Positions 12,634 through 25,583 of a stretch of DNA of 64,000 bases are shown in pieces (within the stretch, counting starts at the first letter, position 1; every line of letters begins with the position of its first letter). The notes under the pieces are model-generated. The model searched no databases. It was not told the DNA's origin and saw nothing but the letters and a program-made list of their open reading frames with translations. Made by a program: the position numbers and the translations under genes. Source of the stretch: Eledone cirrhosa (lineage: Eukaryota); the NCBI GenBank assembly GCA_964016885.1, contig OZ024742.1, positions 315,146,001 through 315,210,000 of the forward strand, given 5' to 3'.

Positions 12634-15600
12634 CTACAGCCGCATGACCAGAGTAGGCCCACTCACACGGGCCATTCTCGCCACATTCACCCACCTTTCA
12701 GAAAATGTACTAGGGGGGGGGGCACTTCTCTCTCCACCCTCACCTTTCTTTCCAAGTGAAACTTGAAAAAGTTGATGAGGGATTGGCCGAAGAGAAAAGT
12801 GTCTGATTTCAGTCCTTTCAATCTCGTCCACCATACAACCTCTTTCGCAACTGCCACCAGACAGAGGAAAATTGCCTGCCCTTCCTGGCTTAAAGAATGC
12901 GGCGGGTCGATCTTCACTATGGACTCGACCGATAGCCGGATCCGTTCTACACGCGACAATAGCTGTTCAACATAACTCCACAAGTCAGTAATGCACGGAC
13001 ACTGGACAAGTGCGTGCACGACGGTTTCGTCGCTCTGCGCGCATCTCGGGCAGGTCCGTCTGTCAGCACTTCCGTGCCTGTAGAGTTTATCTCGAACCGG
13101 CAGTGCCACCCGGTAGCACTGCCAAGCGAGGGATTTTTGGAAATCATCCATCGTCCCCGGCTCGAAAGTCCTCCGGTACAGACTGGTTAGTTCGACTTCG
13201 TTGACTCGCAGAGCCTCGCTGAGTGCGTCGTCGCACTTCCCACCACTAATCCTCTATAGAACTCGAGAGTGGAAGTTCCACTGACCGCATTGCCCGCCTG
13301 GTAGAGGGCAGTGAGTGCCTGGCAACATTCCAGATGCCAGTCACCCAGTCTCAGTCTCTTCTTGACCCAGGACTGCAGCTCAGTCAAAGAAACGAGCTGC
13401 AGAAAGGCCCGTCTGACAAACGGCGACCACACCTGTTCACCGTTTAGGCAGAATATCTGGAGATGCCGCAGCCTCAGCGAGTGCCTGCGCATCATTAGCC
13501 ACGGCATGCCCAGCCCTCTACGTAGAGGGTGCTGGCAGCAGATGGACCGCCTCACCAGCGGAACCTGATCCCTCCACAAGAATTTGAAGAGGAGCCGCTC
13601 CAAGATGGCGAGGCGCGAACGGGGGAAAGGGACGACGGTCAGGCGGTAGTAGATGACGGACGCGATGTACGCGTTCGCCACCTCCGCCCGACCTTTCAGT
13701 GATAGCTTCATCCCAGCCCATTTCTGGGTGTGACTGGCTACTCTGCCCGTCACTTCGTCCCAATTCTTATCCACCTGGAGGTCTGGCCCGAATCAAACCC
13801 CTAGCAACTTTACCGGTCCGTCCGTCCAGCGCCTAACGACGCTGTCGGACGGCATGGACTTGCCTCTCCAGGTGCCGAGTTGCAAGCCCACCGACTTTTC
13901 CGGGTTAAGTTTTGCTGCCGTCAAACTTTCATATTCCTCCAATAAGTTGCCGACCACCTCGATTTCTGAGGTGTCCGACACCATCACGGCGATGTCGTCC
14001 GCATAAGCCGACATAGCGTTTCCGCGTCCCGGTTCGAGCGGGATGCCCTCCAACAGCTCTAGCTTCCGCAGTAAAGGCTCGAGAGTCAATAACGTACAGA
14101 AGGGAGGAGAGAGGGCACCCTTGACGGACCGATCGGGAGACCTGAAACGGTTCCGAGAGGTGGCCATTAATTTTGACCATCGAGCAGGTGCCGCTGTGCA
14201 TTGCAGCGATCAAGCTTCTGAAGACAGACGCCTTGAGGACAGCCTCCAGGTACCGATGGTCGACCCTATCGAATGCTTTCGATTGATCTAAATTGATTAG
14301 AGCCCCACCGATGCCAGGTTTACACCCTACCCTCTCTATTATGTATCGCATTAGGTGGAGGTTGTCGTGTATGGACCTGGTTGGGATTGCGCAAGTTTGC
14401 GCCTCCCCAACCAAATCCCCGACGACAAGCGCCAACCTCTTCGCTAACACCCTGGCCAAAATCTTAAACTCTGTGTTGAGCAGAGTTATGGGCCTGAAAT
14501 TGTCTAATGTGTCCCTCTTGTTCTCGTCTTTCCTTATCAGCGTCACTACGCCCCGGCTTACAGAACTGGGAATACTCCCGTTTTTTTCTGCCAGTTGCAG
14601 TAGAAGGCCACGAGGAGATTGCAGAACAAGTCTGGCATATGTACGTAAAGCTCGTAAGGCAGACCATCCAAACCGGGTGACTTGCGCATCATGCAGCCGA
14701 CAAGGGCATCCTGAATCTCGGCTGAAGTAATTAGCCTTACGCAGCGCTCAGCGGCAGCCGTCGAGAGTTGCGGCAGCCATCGAGGTAGGGACTGAAGTCC
14801 GCCACCATCTCTGACCCGCCACTTCCCCCGAACAACCAATGCAAAATGTTGGCGAAAGGCCTCACACATCCTCTTGGAATCGCTCAGCTCGTGCCCGTCT
14901 CGGTCCGTCAAAGACCGAATCGTGGTTTTGTTACCACGCTGCGCCTCTGCCACGCGGGCCCATCGAACAGCTTTGGTTCCCTCGTTTCTCAGAGCACGCG
15001 CCTTAGCTCTGACAATGCAACCTTCGTGTTTCGTATTGAAGAAATGGTCTAATGCCATTCTCGCCGCTAGCACGTCAGTTGCAATGCCACTACCAATAGC
15101 CTCGTCTAACTTATCTACCAATTCCCCCTCCTTTCTATTTTTCTCTAACGCTAATTCTTTGCTAAACTCTATCGACATTACTCTAATCTCTCTTTTGAGA
15201 GCTCCCCCCCCCCCTCACCCCCCACCATCTATTGTTGACGACTTCCCCTGTTAACTTTTTCTTAACTAAATTGTTGACCTGGTCCCTGTAAGCCTTACGT
15301 CCCGGAAATGACATGTTTAGCTTCCAGTAACCAGGTCCTAACCTACGTGTTTTATCTAGGTCGACCATACAGATCACAAACTTGTGATCTGAATAGGCGA
15401 CCGTTTCAAAAGGTCGACAGCTTACACTATTTCTGTCTATTTTCCTAATGAATATCCTGTCTATATACGATCTAGATGACCCTATGCGGTTAGCCCAGGT
15501 CCACACTGGCGCATTAGGGAAATCTAGTCGGTACCTGTCAGACAGTTGGCTGATCAAGTTCTTGAGGCTTTTACACCCTCCGCTCCTATCGGATACTCCT

Positions 15601-16058
15601 ACACAGTCTCAGCGTGCGCCTAAGATGCCGTTCCAGTCCCCCGCTAATAGTAAAGGGCGAGACGTACCCAGAAAATCTTCCAGGCGTCTAAAGAAGTCCG
15701 GCCGTCATGCCCCAGTAGGAGCATAGACGTCCACCAGTCTAAAGGCACCATCTTTGTTATTGTTCACGTCCAGGAACGCCAACTTCCCGTCCGGATCCCG
15801 GAAGATCGACCTTACCTCGAGATCCAGGCCTTTCCTAAACAGCACTGCCACACCGCCTCCCATTCCCGGCCGGCTAACAGATGCAAAGATCTGATAGTCG
15901 TCGAAAATGGGGGTTAGTGCGCGCATGTCGGAAATCCTGATCTCGCTGACGGCAATTACATCCATTTCTATAGACCTGAGGTCGTTGAGCAGGTGACCCT
16001 GCTTCCAGGACGATCCCAGGCCTCGAACATTTAAACATCCAACTCTTAATACGGCCAT
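12634..16058 (-). pseudogene. Tx1 ORF2 (APE endonuclease, reverse transcriptase, C-terminal zinc finger), frameshifted
   Basis: LRVGCLNVRGL, SYIDRIF, YSDH, KSPGLDGLP, NFRPITLLN, LDQSKAFDRV, VRQGCPLS, SAYADDI, CPRC..ETVVHALVQC. Confidence 0.92.
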
Positions 16059-16086
16059 GTTGGCAGGTTAAAAAGAGAGGAAAGGT

Positions 16087-17726
16087 TTACTTACCTTCCG
16101 GGCTCTTGTGAAGGTTGGGTTGTTCGACCTCTATAGTTGGTGGGGTTTCTTTTGGGAACCCCTTTAAAAGTCTTGAAGTTGGTTTTACGTTCCGGGTTCC
16201 CACGTCCCGAGGAAAGCTGTCTCGTATTTCTTTGTATAATTCGATTGACATTCGCACCAGAACCAAATCTTCCGGCACGCGAAATGTGCTCGATTTAAAA
16301 ATGTCCCCCTCTTTTTGTATTTTTTCACTTCGTGCTACGAGGACCATCAGTTCCTTGTTGGCCCTCCTGACGAGCACGGAGTTTTGTATGTTTTGTTGGT
16401 GTGATTTTATTTGTTTGCGTGGCTGTGGTGGTGATGGTTTTGGTGGAGATGTTTCGGTTGTGTCTGTGTTTGTTGTGAGTGCGGTGTCTGTGGTTTCAGA
16501 TGTTTGTGTGTATATTTGTTCTTGCATCTGTTTAGCTTGTATGCGTTTGGGGGATTCTGGTGATGGTGATGGTGGTGTTATTGGATAGATGTTTGCGTGG
16601 GTGGTGTCTGCGTTTTTTTATTGTGGGTGATTTTGTGCTTTGTTGAGTTTTTTTTTTCTTTTTGTGTTTCCTTTTTTGTATTTTGAGGATTTTGGTTTTC
16701 CCTCATCTTCACTACTGGTAGATGAGGGGTCTGTGTCTGTAAGTGTGTCTGTATGTATGTTTATGGTTTTATTGGTGTGTGTATTTTTTTTTTAGAGGGT
16801 GGGGGGGACTTTGACAGCTTTCCTCGTTTCCCCCCTGGGAGGTCAATGCTGGTGGTGGTCTTTCTATTGGTGTTGTTGTTGGTGGTTTTGCCGGTGCTGG
16901 TGTTGGTTGTGGTCCTCACCCCGGTGTCGGCAGCAGTGGAGCCTTTCGACCCCTTGCCTCTTTCAGAAGTTGATGGCAGAAGGCTCGCAAATGGGTTTTT
17001 TCCCCACAAACAAAACACTGCGGCCTTTTGCCTTCGGTCATAATGTGAATGACTGTCCCATTCTGAAGGCGGATGTGGTCCGGGATTGTCTTCACATTCT
17101 CGGGCCTGATCTGGAGAAGGATCTCCAGGTCAACCTCGGACCAGTCCTCTCTGGCCATTCTGGTCACTTCTATAGGGACGGTATCCGTCCCCTCCACAAT
17201 CACAATCCCAGAAGCCATCACATGTCAAGTCCTGGTGGGATTCTGGGAATGCGGAGACGGGCCGTTCTTTTTCCCACGTGGGAGTGGTACATTATGACTT
17301 TGCTGGTTTTGCAAGGAGTCATAGCGTGTTTCATAGCGAGGGCTTCTGACTTGAATAACACCGAAATGATGCCGTACTGTCTGCCCTCTCTATGTACTGG
17401 GTGTCTTCTCTGATGCACCTCAGCGCGACTTCGACATCTTCTTGTGGGATTAAATCTGCCCTTTTGGTTTGTGCTGAGATGCATCTATAATGCACCGTTC
17501 TGCGCTCCACTGCCTCAATAGCTTCTACCGGGACAGTTAAGTTGGCCCAGGTTTGCTCTTGCTTGATGAGCTTCCATGCCTGGGCCAACTTTTCATCTTT
17601 GTTTGAGAGGTCCATGTTGAAGCATGGCCTCTTTTGTGCTGCTGCCGCAGCGAAAGTGTTCTTCTTGTTTTCGTTGGGAGTGTTGTTGTCGTTGTTCTTG
17701 TTGGTGTTGTCGCTATTTGTTTTCAT
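16087..17726 (-). pseudogene. Tx1 ORF1 (CCHC zinc-knuckle nucleic acid-binding protein), frameshifted
   Basis: Successive ORF fragments 17726-17331, 17484-17218, 17221-16916 (CFVCGEKTHLRAFC) and low-complexity T/P/K-rich fragments down to 16087. Confidence 0.8.
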
Positions 17727-18213
17727 GTTAGTGGTGTTGATATTGTTGTTGCATTTGTTATTTTTTTTTTTTTGTCTGTATTTTCGTTGTCGCTGTTACT
17801 GTCATTTTTTTCAAAATTAGAGTTCTCATTGGTATCATTGGTGTCTTTGTTTACATTGTTTGTGGTGGTGTTTGTGTTATCAATTTGTGTTAATTTGGCT
17901 GTAGAGCTCCTCTCAACTTCTACGTCGTTGACGCACGACAGCAGACATATCGCTGGGGGCGTGGCTCAGTCATGTTTTTTTTTCTCCGTAAATTTTTTAA
18001 CATGTAAAAAAAAGTTCAAATATTTGGGCCAAAAGGCCCAAATATTATACTTTCCCCTTCACAGGGCAAAGTCTAAGGGCTTATATCCCTTACACAACAA
18101 GAAATATTTAACAACAAATAATTTTAACAGGCAAATAAAGCGACTTACTGGGACAGAGCCAAAAAGACGTCCGAACAGACCAATAATAATAATAATAATG
18201 ATAATAATAATAA

Positions 18214-20111
18214 TGATTTTATTTATTAGCCACAAAGGCCGACATGTAGAGAACAATACAAAGACAGGGACAGTGGGCGTTTACAATAAGGTCGAGTAAA
18301 AGTGTACAATGGCAAGACTAATTTAACAATAAAGATATAAAAATATAAAATAAACTATGCATAAATATAACAAAATAAATTCCCCGATAGGGAGTGGACG
18401 ACCCTGGGGTGACTCGGGTACCCCACCAATCCTGAACCACCCTGCGCTTCTAGGACACCCAGGGAGAGCACCCCTCTCCTCAAGTTAGCTAGCCTATAGG
18501 CGCATGGTCAGAGTAGGCCCATTCACACGAGCCATTCTCGCCACATTCATCAATCTTTTAGCAAATGTACTGTGGGTAGCACTTCTTTCTCCACCTTCAC
18601 CTTCCTTTCCAGGTGAAACTTGAAGAAGTTGATGAGGGATTGGCCGAAGAGAAAAGTGTCTGTCTTCAGTCCTTTTAATCTGGTCCACCATATAACCTCT
18701 TTCGCAACTGCCACCAGACAGAGGAACATTTCCTGCTCTTCCTGACCTAAGGAAGGCGGGGGGTCGATCTTCACTATGGACTCGCCCGATAGCCGGATTC
18801 GTCCCACACGCGACAGTAGCTGTTCGACATAACTCCACAAGTCAGTAATGCACGGACATTGGACAAGTGCGTGCAGAACGATTTCGTCGTTCTGTGCGCA
18901 TCTTGGGCAGGTCCGTCTGACAGCACTTCAGTGCCTGTATAGTTTATCCCGAACCGGCAGTGCCCCCCGGTAGCACTGCCAAGCGAGGGATTTCTGGAAA
19001 TTGTCCATCGTCGCCGTTCTCGAAGGTCCTCCGGTAGAGACTGGTCAGTTCGACTTCGTCGAGGCCCAAAGCTTCTCCGAGTGCGTCATCGCACTTTCCC
19101 ACCACTAATCCTCTATAGAACTCGAGAGTGGAAGTTCCACTGATCGCATTACCCTCTTGGTAGAGGGCAGTGAGTGCCTGGCAACATTCAAGGTGCCAGT
19201 CACCCAGTCTCAGTCTCTTCTTGACCCAGGACTGCAGCTCAGTCAAGGAAATGAACTGCGGAAAGGCCCGTCTGATAAACGGCGACCACACCTGTTCACC
19301 GTTTAGGCAAAATATCTGGAGATGTCGCAGCCTCAACGCATGTCTGCGCATCATTAGCCACGGTATGCCCAGCCCTCCGCGTAGAGGGTGCTGGCAGCAG
19401 ATGGACCGCCTCACCAACGGAATTTGTCCCCTCCACAAGAATTTGAAGAGGAGCCGTTCCAGCCTGACGAGGCGCGGACGGGGGAAAGGCACGACGGTCA
19501 AGCGGTAGTAGATGACGGACGCGGTGTACGCATTCGCCACATCCGCGCGGCCTTTCAGTGATAGCTTCCTCCCAGCCCATTTTGGGGTGAGACTGGCTAC
19601 TCTGCTCGTTACCTCGTCCCAATTCTTATCCACCTGGAGGTCTGGTCCGAACCAAACCCCGAGCAACTTTACCGGTCCGTCCGTCCAGCGCCCCTCGACG
19701 CTGTTGGACGGCACGGGCTTGCCTCTCCGAGGTTCCGAGCTGCAAGCCCACCGACTTTTCCGGGTTAAGTTTGGCTCCTGTCAACCTTTTATATTATTTC
19801 AATAAAGTGCCGACCACCTCGATTTCTGAGGTGTTCGACACCATTACGGTGATGTCGTCCGTATAAGCCGACACCGCCTTTCCACGTCCCGGTTCGAGCG
19901 GGATGCCCTGCAACAGCTCTAGTTTCCGCAGTAAAGGCTCGAGAGTCAATACGTACAGAAAGGAAGAGAGAGGGCACCCTTGACGGACCGATCGGCAGAG
20001 CCGAAATGGTTCCGAGAGGTGGCCATTAACCTTAAACATCGAGCGTGTGCCACTGTGCATTGCAGCGATCCAGCTTCTGAAGACAAAGCAGCTGGCTTCG
20101 GCCCTGAGGAC
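18214..20111 (-). mobile_element. 5'-truncated second Tx1 copy in head-to-tail tandem
   Basis: Clearly homologous to ~12353-14250 (RQGCPLS, AYTDD, KLLGVWFG); (AAT)n at both junctions. Confidence 0.92.
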
Positions 20112-20127
20112 ATAATAATAATAAGAA

Positions 20128-20162
20128 TAATGCTTTCTTTATTAACCACAAGGGTTTTCACA
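20128..20162 (-). mobile_element. Extremely truncated Tx1 3' terminus (~35 bp)
   Basis: Minus strand CCCTTGTGGTTAATAAAGAAAGCATTATT matches the Tx1 3' end at 12350-12378; AAT repeats on both sides. Confidence 0.6.
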
Positions 20163-20170
20163 AATAATAA

Positions 20171-21267
20171 TATTATTAGGTACAGTGCGGGAATTCTGAA
20201 ATGGAATGTTGCTGAACAAAAAGAAATGGATAGGAAGACTAGAAAGCTATTGAATATCTACAACATGTTCCACATGAGGAGATCTGAAGGTGGAAGAGGT
20301 CTTATCAGCATAGAGGACTGTGTTCAGATGGAGAAAAACAACCTGCACAAATTTGTGACGGACAGTAGGGAGCCAATGCTCAGAACTGTACTGAAGGAGA
20401 AGACAATAGACGAGGGGATGTCCAAGGAGGAAATAACAACAGGGAGGAAGGGCAACCTTCATGAAAAATCCCTTCATAGTGCCTTCTTTGAGAAAACTGA
20501 ATTTAGAGATGTACAGACATGGAACTGGTTAAAAAGAGGAGACCTTAAAAAGGCTACAGAAGGAATGCTAATGGCTGCGCAAGAGCAGGCCCTCAGAACG
20601 AAGTGGGTGAAAAACCATATTTACAAGGAGGCTAGCCCACTGTGTAGGACCTGTGGAGAGAGAGAGGAGACTGTTGCTCACATTGTATCCGAGTGTAAAC
20701 ACCTAGCCCAGACTCACTATAAAGTCTGGAGACATGATGTGATGGGCAGGGTGATCCACTGGCACCTATGCTAAGTAAACAATTTACCACATTCTGAGAA
20801 GTGGTATGAGCATAAGCCAGAGTCGGTGATAGAAAACGATCAGGTAAAGGTGCTATGGGATTTTAGGATACAGACGGACAAGAAACTGGAACACAATAGG
20901 CCTGACCTGGTGGTTTTTGACAAGGAAAAAAGATCATGCCTGATTGTAGATGTAGCCTGCCCATTCGACACGAGAGTGCAAGAAAAAAGAGGGAGAAAAT
21001 TAACCGATACCAGGACTTAAAGTGGGAGGTAAAAAGGATTTGGAAGTGCCATGAAGTCAGAGTCGTCCCGATTGTCATAGGCGCACTAGGTACTATCTCA
21101 AAGAGTTTCCAACGATGGTTAAAGAAGATTAGTCCAGCCCCGCTTTTTGGAACACTTCAAAAGGCATGCCTGCTGGGAACAGCAAGAACCCTCCGATACG
21201 TCCTGAATATCTGAGGCTTCAGGTAGCGGCTTGATATTCAATTCAACAAACTTTCCAGTTAAATAAC
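20171..21267 (+). mobile_element. Dong/R4-clade LINE 3' fragment (copy A), (TAA)n-associated
   Basis: EGGRGL, AAQEQAL, CRTC..ETVAHIVSEC, RHD, RPDLVV..IVDVACP, PIVIGALG; one stop and frameshift. Confidence 0.92.
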
Positions 21268-21453
21268 TGTTTCTACTTTTGGCACAAGGCCAGCAATTAC
21301 CCAATGTATTATTGGTACTTTATTTTATCGACCCTGTAAGGATGAAAGGCAAAGTTAACCTCGGCGGGATTTGAACTCAGATCGTAAAGGGACGTAACTA
21401 TGCTGGAAAGCATGGCGTCCGGCCCTCTACCGATACTGCCAATCCACCGCCCT
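21268..21453 (-). mobile_element. tRNA-SINE (family with GGTACTTTATTTTATCGACCC..GGATGAAAGGCAAAG core)
   Basis: Minus strand head GGCGGTGGATTGGCAGTATCGGTAGAG ... GAGTTCAAATCCC; tail GGCCTTGTGCC. Confidence 0.85.
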
Positions 21454-21458
21454 TTGCA

Positions 21459-21682
21459 ATAATAATGATTTCTTATATAGGCACAAGGCCAACAATTTTG
21501 AGCGAGCGGAAAGTCGATTAAATCGACCCCAGTACATTACTGGTGCTTTATTTATCGACCCTGTAGGAATGAAAGGCAAAGCTAAGCACGGCAGGAATTG
21601 AACTCAGATCGGAAAGAACCGTAACTCTATGTCATAAAGCATGTTGTCCGACGCGCTACAGATACTGCAAATTCCCCGCCCT
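21459..21682 (-). mobile_element. tRNA-SINE, tandem second copy
   Basis: Same head and core; tail GGCCTTGTGCCTATATAAGAAATCATTATTATT. Confidence 0.85.
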
Positions 21683-21787
21683 CAATAATGATGTCACCCA
21701 TCAAGCAGTCATTGAACAAGGTTGTCAGTTTTGAGTGGAGGGATGTTATATTTTTAATCCCATACCCTTACACACCATCTGGGCCTG

Positions 21788-22054
21788 GTGATTTACAGGA
21801 TTTAAAGTGAAAGTTAAAAAGGATTTGGAACTGCCATGAAATCAAGGTCGTACGGATTGTCATAGGCGCACTAGGTACTATCTCAAAGAGTTTCCAAGGA
21901 TGGTTAAATAAGTTTAGTTCAGCCCCGCTTTTTGGAAAACTTCAAAAGGTATGTATGCTGGGAACAGCAAGAACCCTCCGATATGTCCTGAATGTCTGAG
22001 GCAGCAGGTATTGGCTTTTGAGTTAAATAACATCAATGACTGAGACTCAAAGAA
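21788..22054 (+). mobile_element. Dong/R4 3' end fragment (copy B)
   Basis: Homologous to ~23325-23609, followed by (AAT)n. Confidence 0.85.
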
Positions 22055-22055
22055 C

Positions 22056-22100
<45 letters not shown>

Positions 22101-22108
22101 TAATAATA

Positions 22109-23609
22109 TAAGCTCTTCGGGAAGAGTGAGAAGGAGTTGGATGTGCTTGTTGACACTGTCCGTATTTTCAGCAGTGATATATGTATGCAATTTGGTATTA
22201 GTAAGTGTAGAGTCATTGTGATGAGGGGGGTAGGTTGAGCAGAAGTAACGGAATCCAGATACCAACAGGTGAGATGATAAAGGAAATTGACTCTGAGGAA
22301 GGATACAAGTATTTGGGCGTTCTGGTGGCTGGTGGCATAAAGAACAAAAAAATGAAGGAATTGTTAAGAACTGAATACATTTGGAGGGTAAGGAGCGTAT
22401 TGAAGTCACATCTGAACAGCAGAAATGCCATAAGCGCAGTAAATTCCCGAGCTGTGTCTATTACTTGGTACAGTGCGGGAATTCTGAGATGGAATGTTGC
22501 TGAACAAAAAGAAATGGATAGGAAGACTAGGAAGCTATTGACTATCTACAACATGTTCCACAAGAGGAGTGATGTCGATAGACTCTACTTAAGGAGATCT
22601 GAGGGTGGAAGAGGTCTTATCAGCATAGAGGACTGTGTTCAGATGGAGAAAAACAACCTACACAAATACGTGACTGATAGTAAGGAGCCAATGCTCAGAA
22701 CTGTACTGAAGGAGGGGACAATAGGCCAGGGGATATCCAAGGAGGAAATAACATCAAGGAGAAAGAGCAGCCTTCAGGAAAAATCCCTTCATAGTACCTT
22801 CTTTGAGAAAACTGAATTTAGAGATCCACAGACATGGAACTGGTTGAAAAGAGGAGACCTTAAAAAGGCTACAGAAGGAATGTTAATGGCTGCGCAGGAG
22901 CAGGCCCTCAAAACGAAGTGGTTGAAACACCATATTTACAAGGAGGAGGCTAGCCCACTGTGCAGGATCTGTGGAGAGAGAGAGGAGACTGTGGCTCACA
23001 TTGTATCCGAGTGTAAACACCTAGCCCAGACCCACTATAAGGGCTGGAGACATGATGTGATGGGCAGGGTGATCCACTGGCACCTGTGCAAAGTAAACAA
23101 TCTACCACATTCTGAGAAATGGTATGAGCATAGGCCAGAGGCGGTGATAGAGAACGATCAGGTGAAGGTGCTGTGGGATTTTAGGATACAGACGGACAAG
23201 AAACTGGAACACAATAGACCTGACCTTGTGGTTGTGGACAAAGAAAAAAGATCGTGCCTGATTGTGGATGTGGCCTGCCCATTCGACACGAGAGTGCAAG
23301 AGAAGGAGAGGGAGAAAATTAACCGATACCAGGACTTAAAGTGGGAGGTAAAAAGGATTTGGAACTGCCATGAAGTCAAAGTGATCCCGATTGTCATAGG
23401 CGCACTGGGGACTATCTCCAAAAGTTTCCAGGGATGGTTAAAGAAAATCGGCCCCTTCACGCTTTTTGGAACGCTTCAAAAGGCATGCTTGCTGGGAACA
23501 GCAAGACCCCTCCGATACGTCCTGAATATCTGAGGCTGCAGGTAGTGGCTTGATATTCATTTCAACAAACTTTCCAGTTAACTAACATCAATGACTGAGA
23601 CTCAAGGAG
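22109..23609 (+). mobile_element. Dong/R4-clade LINE 3' fragment (copy C) with an open 432-aa RT-thumb/CCHC/RLE frame (22235-23533)
   Basis: YKYLGV, RLYLRRSEGGRGL, CRIC..HIVSEC, RHD, RPDLVVVD..DVACP..EKINRY; (AAT)n on both flanks. Confidence 0.93.
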
Positions 23610-25210
23610 TAATAACAATAATAATAATAATAATAATAAAGTAAGCACAAAGCCTCAAATTTGGAGTAAGTGTGTAATTGCAATCCCGAAATTATTTTAG
23701 AATTAATCTATCTTCATTTCTTGTATTAGCTGTATACTGTAGGCATTTTTACTACAAAATATAGTTGCAACAAGAAAGCAATCATTTAAACAATCTGTGC
23801 GTTTTGCCAAAGACGGTATCGTAACATATGGAAATGTACACTAATTAAGAAAGCGCAGAATCATTACAGTAGTCGAGGTAGTGTTGGAATGGTTTCTTAT
23901 TTTGGTACAAGGTTATAGATTTTGTAGGATGAGTGCAGTTTATTTACTCAATCCTAGTATATACCACAACTATATATTGATTTCTAACATGAACACAATG
24001 GTTATATTGAAATGTATTTTTGCCAGTTTAATTCCAATTCAAACATCCACAGCTTTTCAAAGAAAGAAAATAATTAAAACAGAAATATTTACTGTTGGTT
24101 CACCAACTTGAGCACCTGACGAGTAAATGGCTCCGTTTAAGTATGGTACATTGTGTTATACACTTGCTGTTATACTGTGGTCGGTTTCTTTCATAAGCAG
24201 AATGTATATTAATAATGAGTAGGAATGAAGTATACAGTGATGAAATATGCTTACATCTGATATTTTATTAACTCTTTACAGAAGTTCGTTTTCCCATTTT
24301 TACGTGATATTATATTTCGAGAATTTTGTATATGAGTTAATATCTTAATCCCTTTCCGAAAACTGTTCAGCACACCTTCATATATACGAATTAGTACTGA
24401 AAATATAACTGAAAAATATTTTAAGCCGGGAACGTTTCAGCATTACTATTTAAATATTTCTGTGCTCCTCTTTTATTCTTACGAGTCTAATGACATATAC
24501 ATATATATAGGTGATGTACAGTTCGTCAATGTTGATAGTTATTGTTCCAGTTGTTCGATCACCTAACCGTCCAGGTCGTGATTTATGGTTTACGTGCCTG
24601 AGTATTTCACAGACAGTTGTACACTAACGTAATTCCAAAGCCGAAACAGTGTTACATATTAAGTGGCGAGAACAGCCAAACTAAGACAATGGAAAAGAGG
24701 CCGTAAATTGGGATCAAACCTTTTGACTACAGAGCAACATTTTTTAACGTATCTGCGTCTACATACAGATAGCTAGGATCTATGTAAGAGGTAGAGAGAT
24801 ATATAGAAATAGACAGGGTGCATGACTATCCTAAAGTATAACAATATATATATATGTATATATTAGGAGAATAGTTGTAAATGGATATAGCCATTCGTGT
24901 TTTATTGTAGTGCGCTAAAACTCGATGTGTTATTCACGTAAAATCATGCAGGAGACAAAAATCCAGTCTGTAATCGGTTGGATAGGGTGCTGGAGGTTGA
25001 AGTCGGTGAAAATCAGTGCAAAAGTATTCATTCCAGAGAAAGTAACCAAAGGCTGTACTCAGTTAAAATCACTCATGTCGACAATGGTTTCGATAAAGAG
25101 ATATACTATATCAATCGACTAAATTAATTATTCACGCAATTAATCATGTCATTTGTCGAATTAAATGATTTAAAACTAAGGAAACCCTTTGGTGACTTCC
25201 TTTAAAATTA

Positions 25211-25244
<34 letters not shown>

Positions 25245-25583
25245 GATCCCTCGGCTAATTACGTAATGTGTACATCATTACCTAATATTTTTAACATGGC
25301 AGTTTGGGACCATGGAAACCTTACCTACACGATGTCGTCTTTTCCACTGATTAACGAAAGTGTGCACTCTGGCCAGCTTGGTTCGAATTTTAATAATACG
25401 ATCTTAGTTGATCAATGAGTGAGTGAGGAAACGCCCGAAGCTATTTCCTTTTTATTCGACTTGCTCCGTCTCATAATTATACATATATATAAAACATTCA
25501 TTTTCTTTTCTTAACAAGCGTGATACCAATAAGAATGTATTATTGTATCTGTGTCAGTCTAGTTTATCCTGAATTATATATAT

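Larger units (their letters stand above)
12353..18181 (-). mobile_element. Near full-length Tx1/L1-clade LINE (ORF1 + ORF2), inactivated by frameshifts, flanked by (AAT)n
   Basis: Gag-like ORF1, APE-RT-zinc finger ORF2, 3' UTR with AATAAA and (ATT)n tail; 5' end abuts another (AAT)n tract. Confidence 0.92.

Noticed and set aside
17634-18299. 221-aa hydrophobic plus-strand ORF and other antisense ORFs over the Tx1
   Set aside because: Antisense shadows of A-rich ORF1/5' UTR sequence
21268-21682. tRNA genes
   Set aside because: A/B boxes belong to SINE heads, with no complete cloverleaf, and continue into the SINE body
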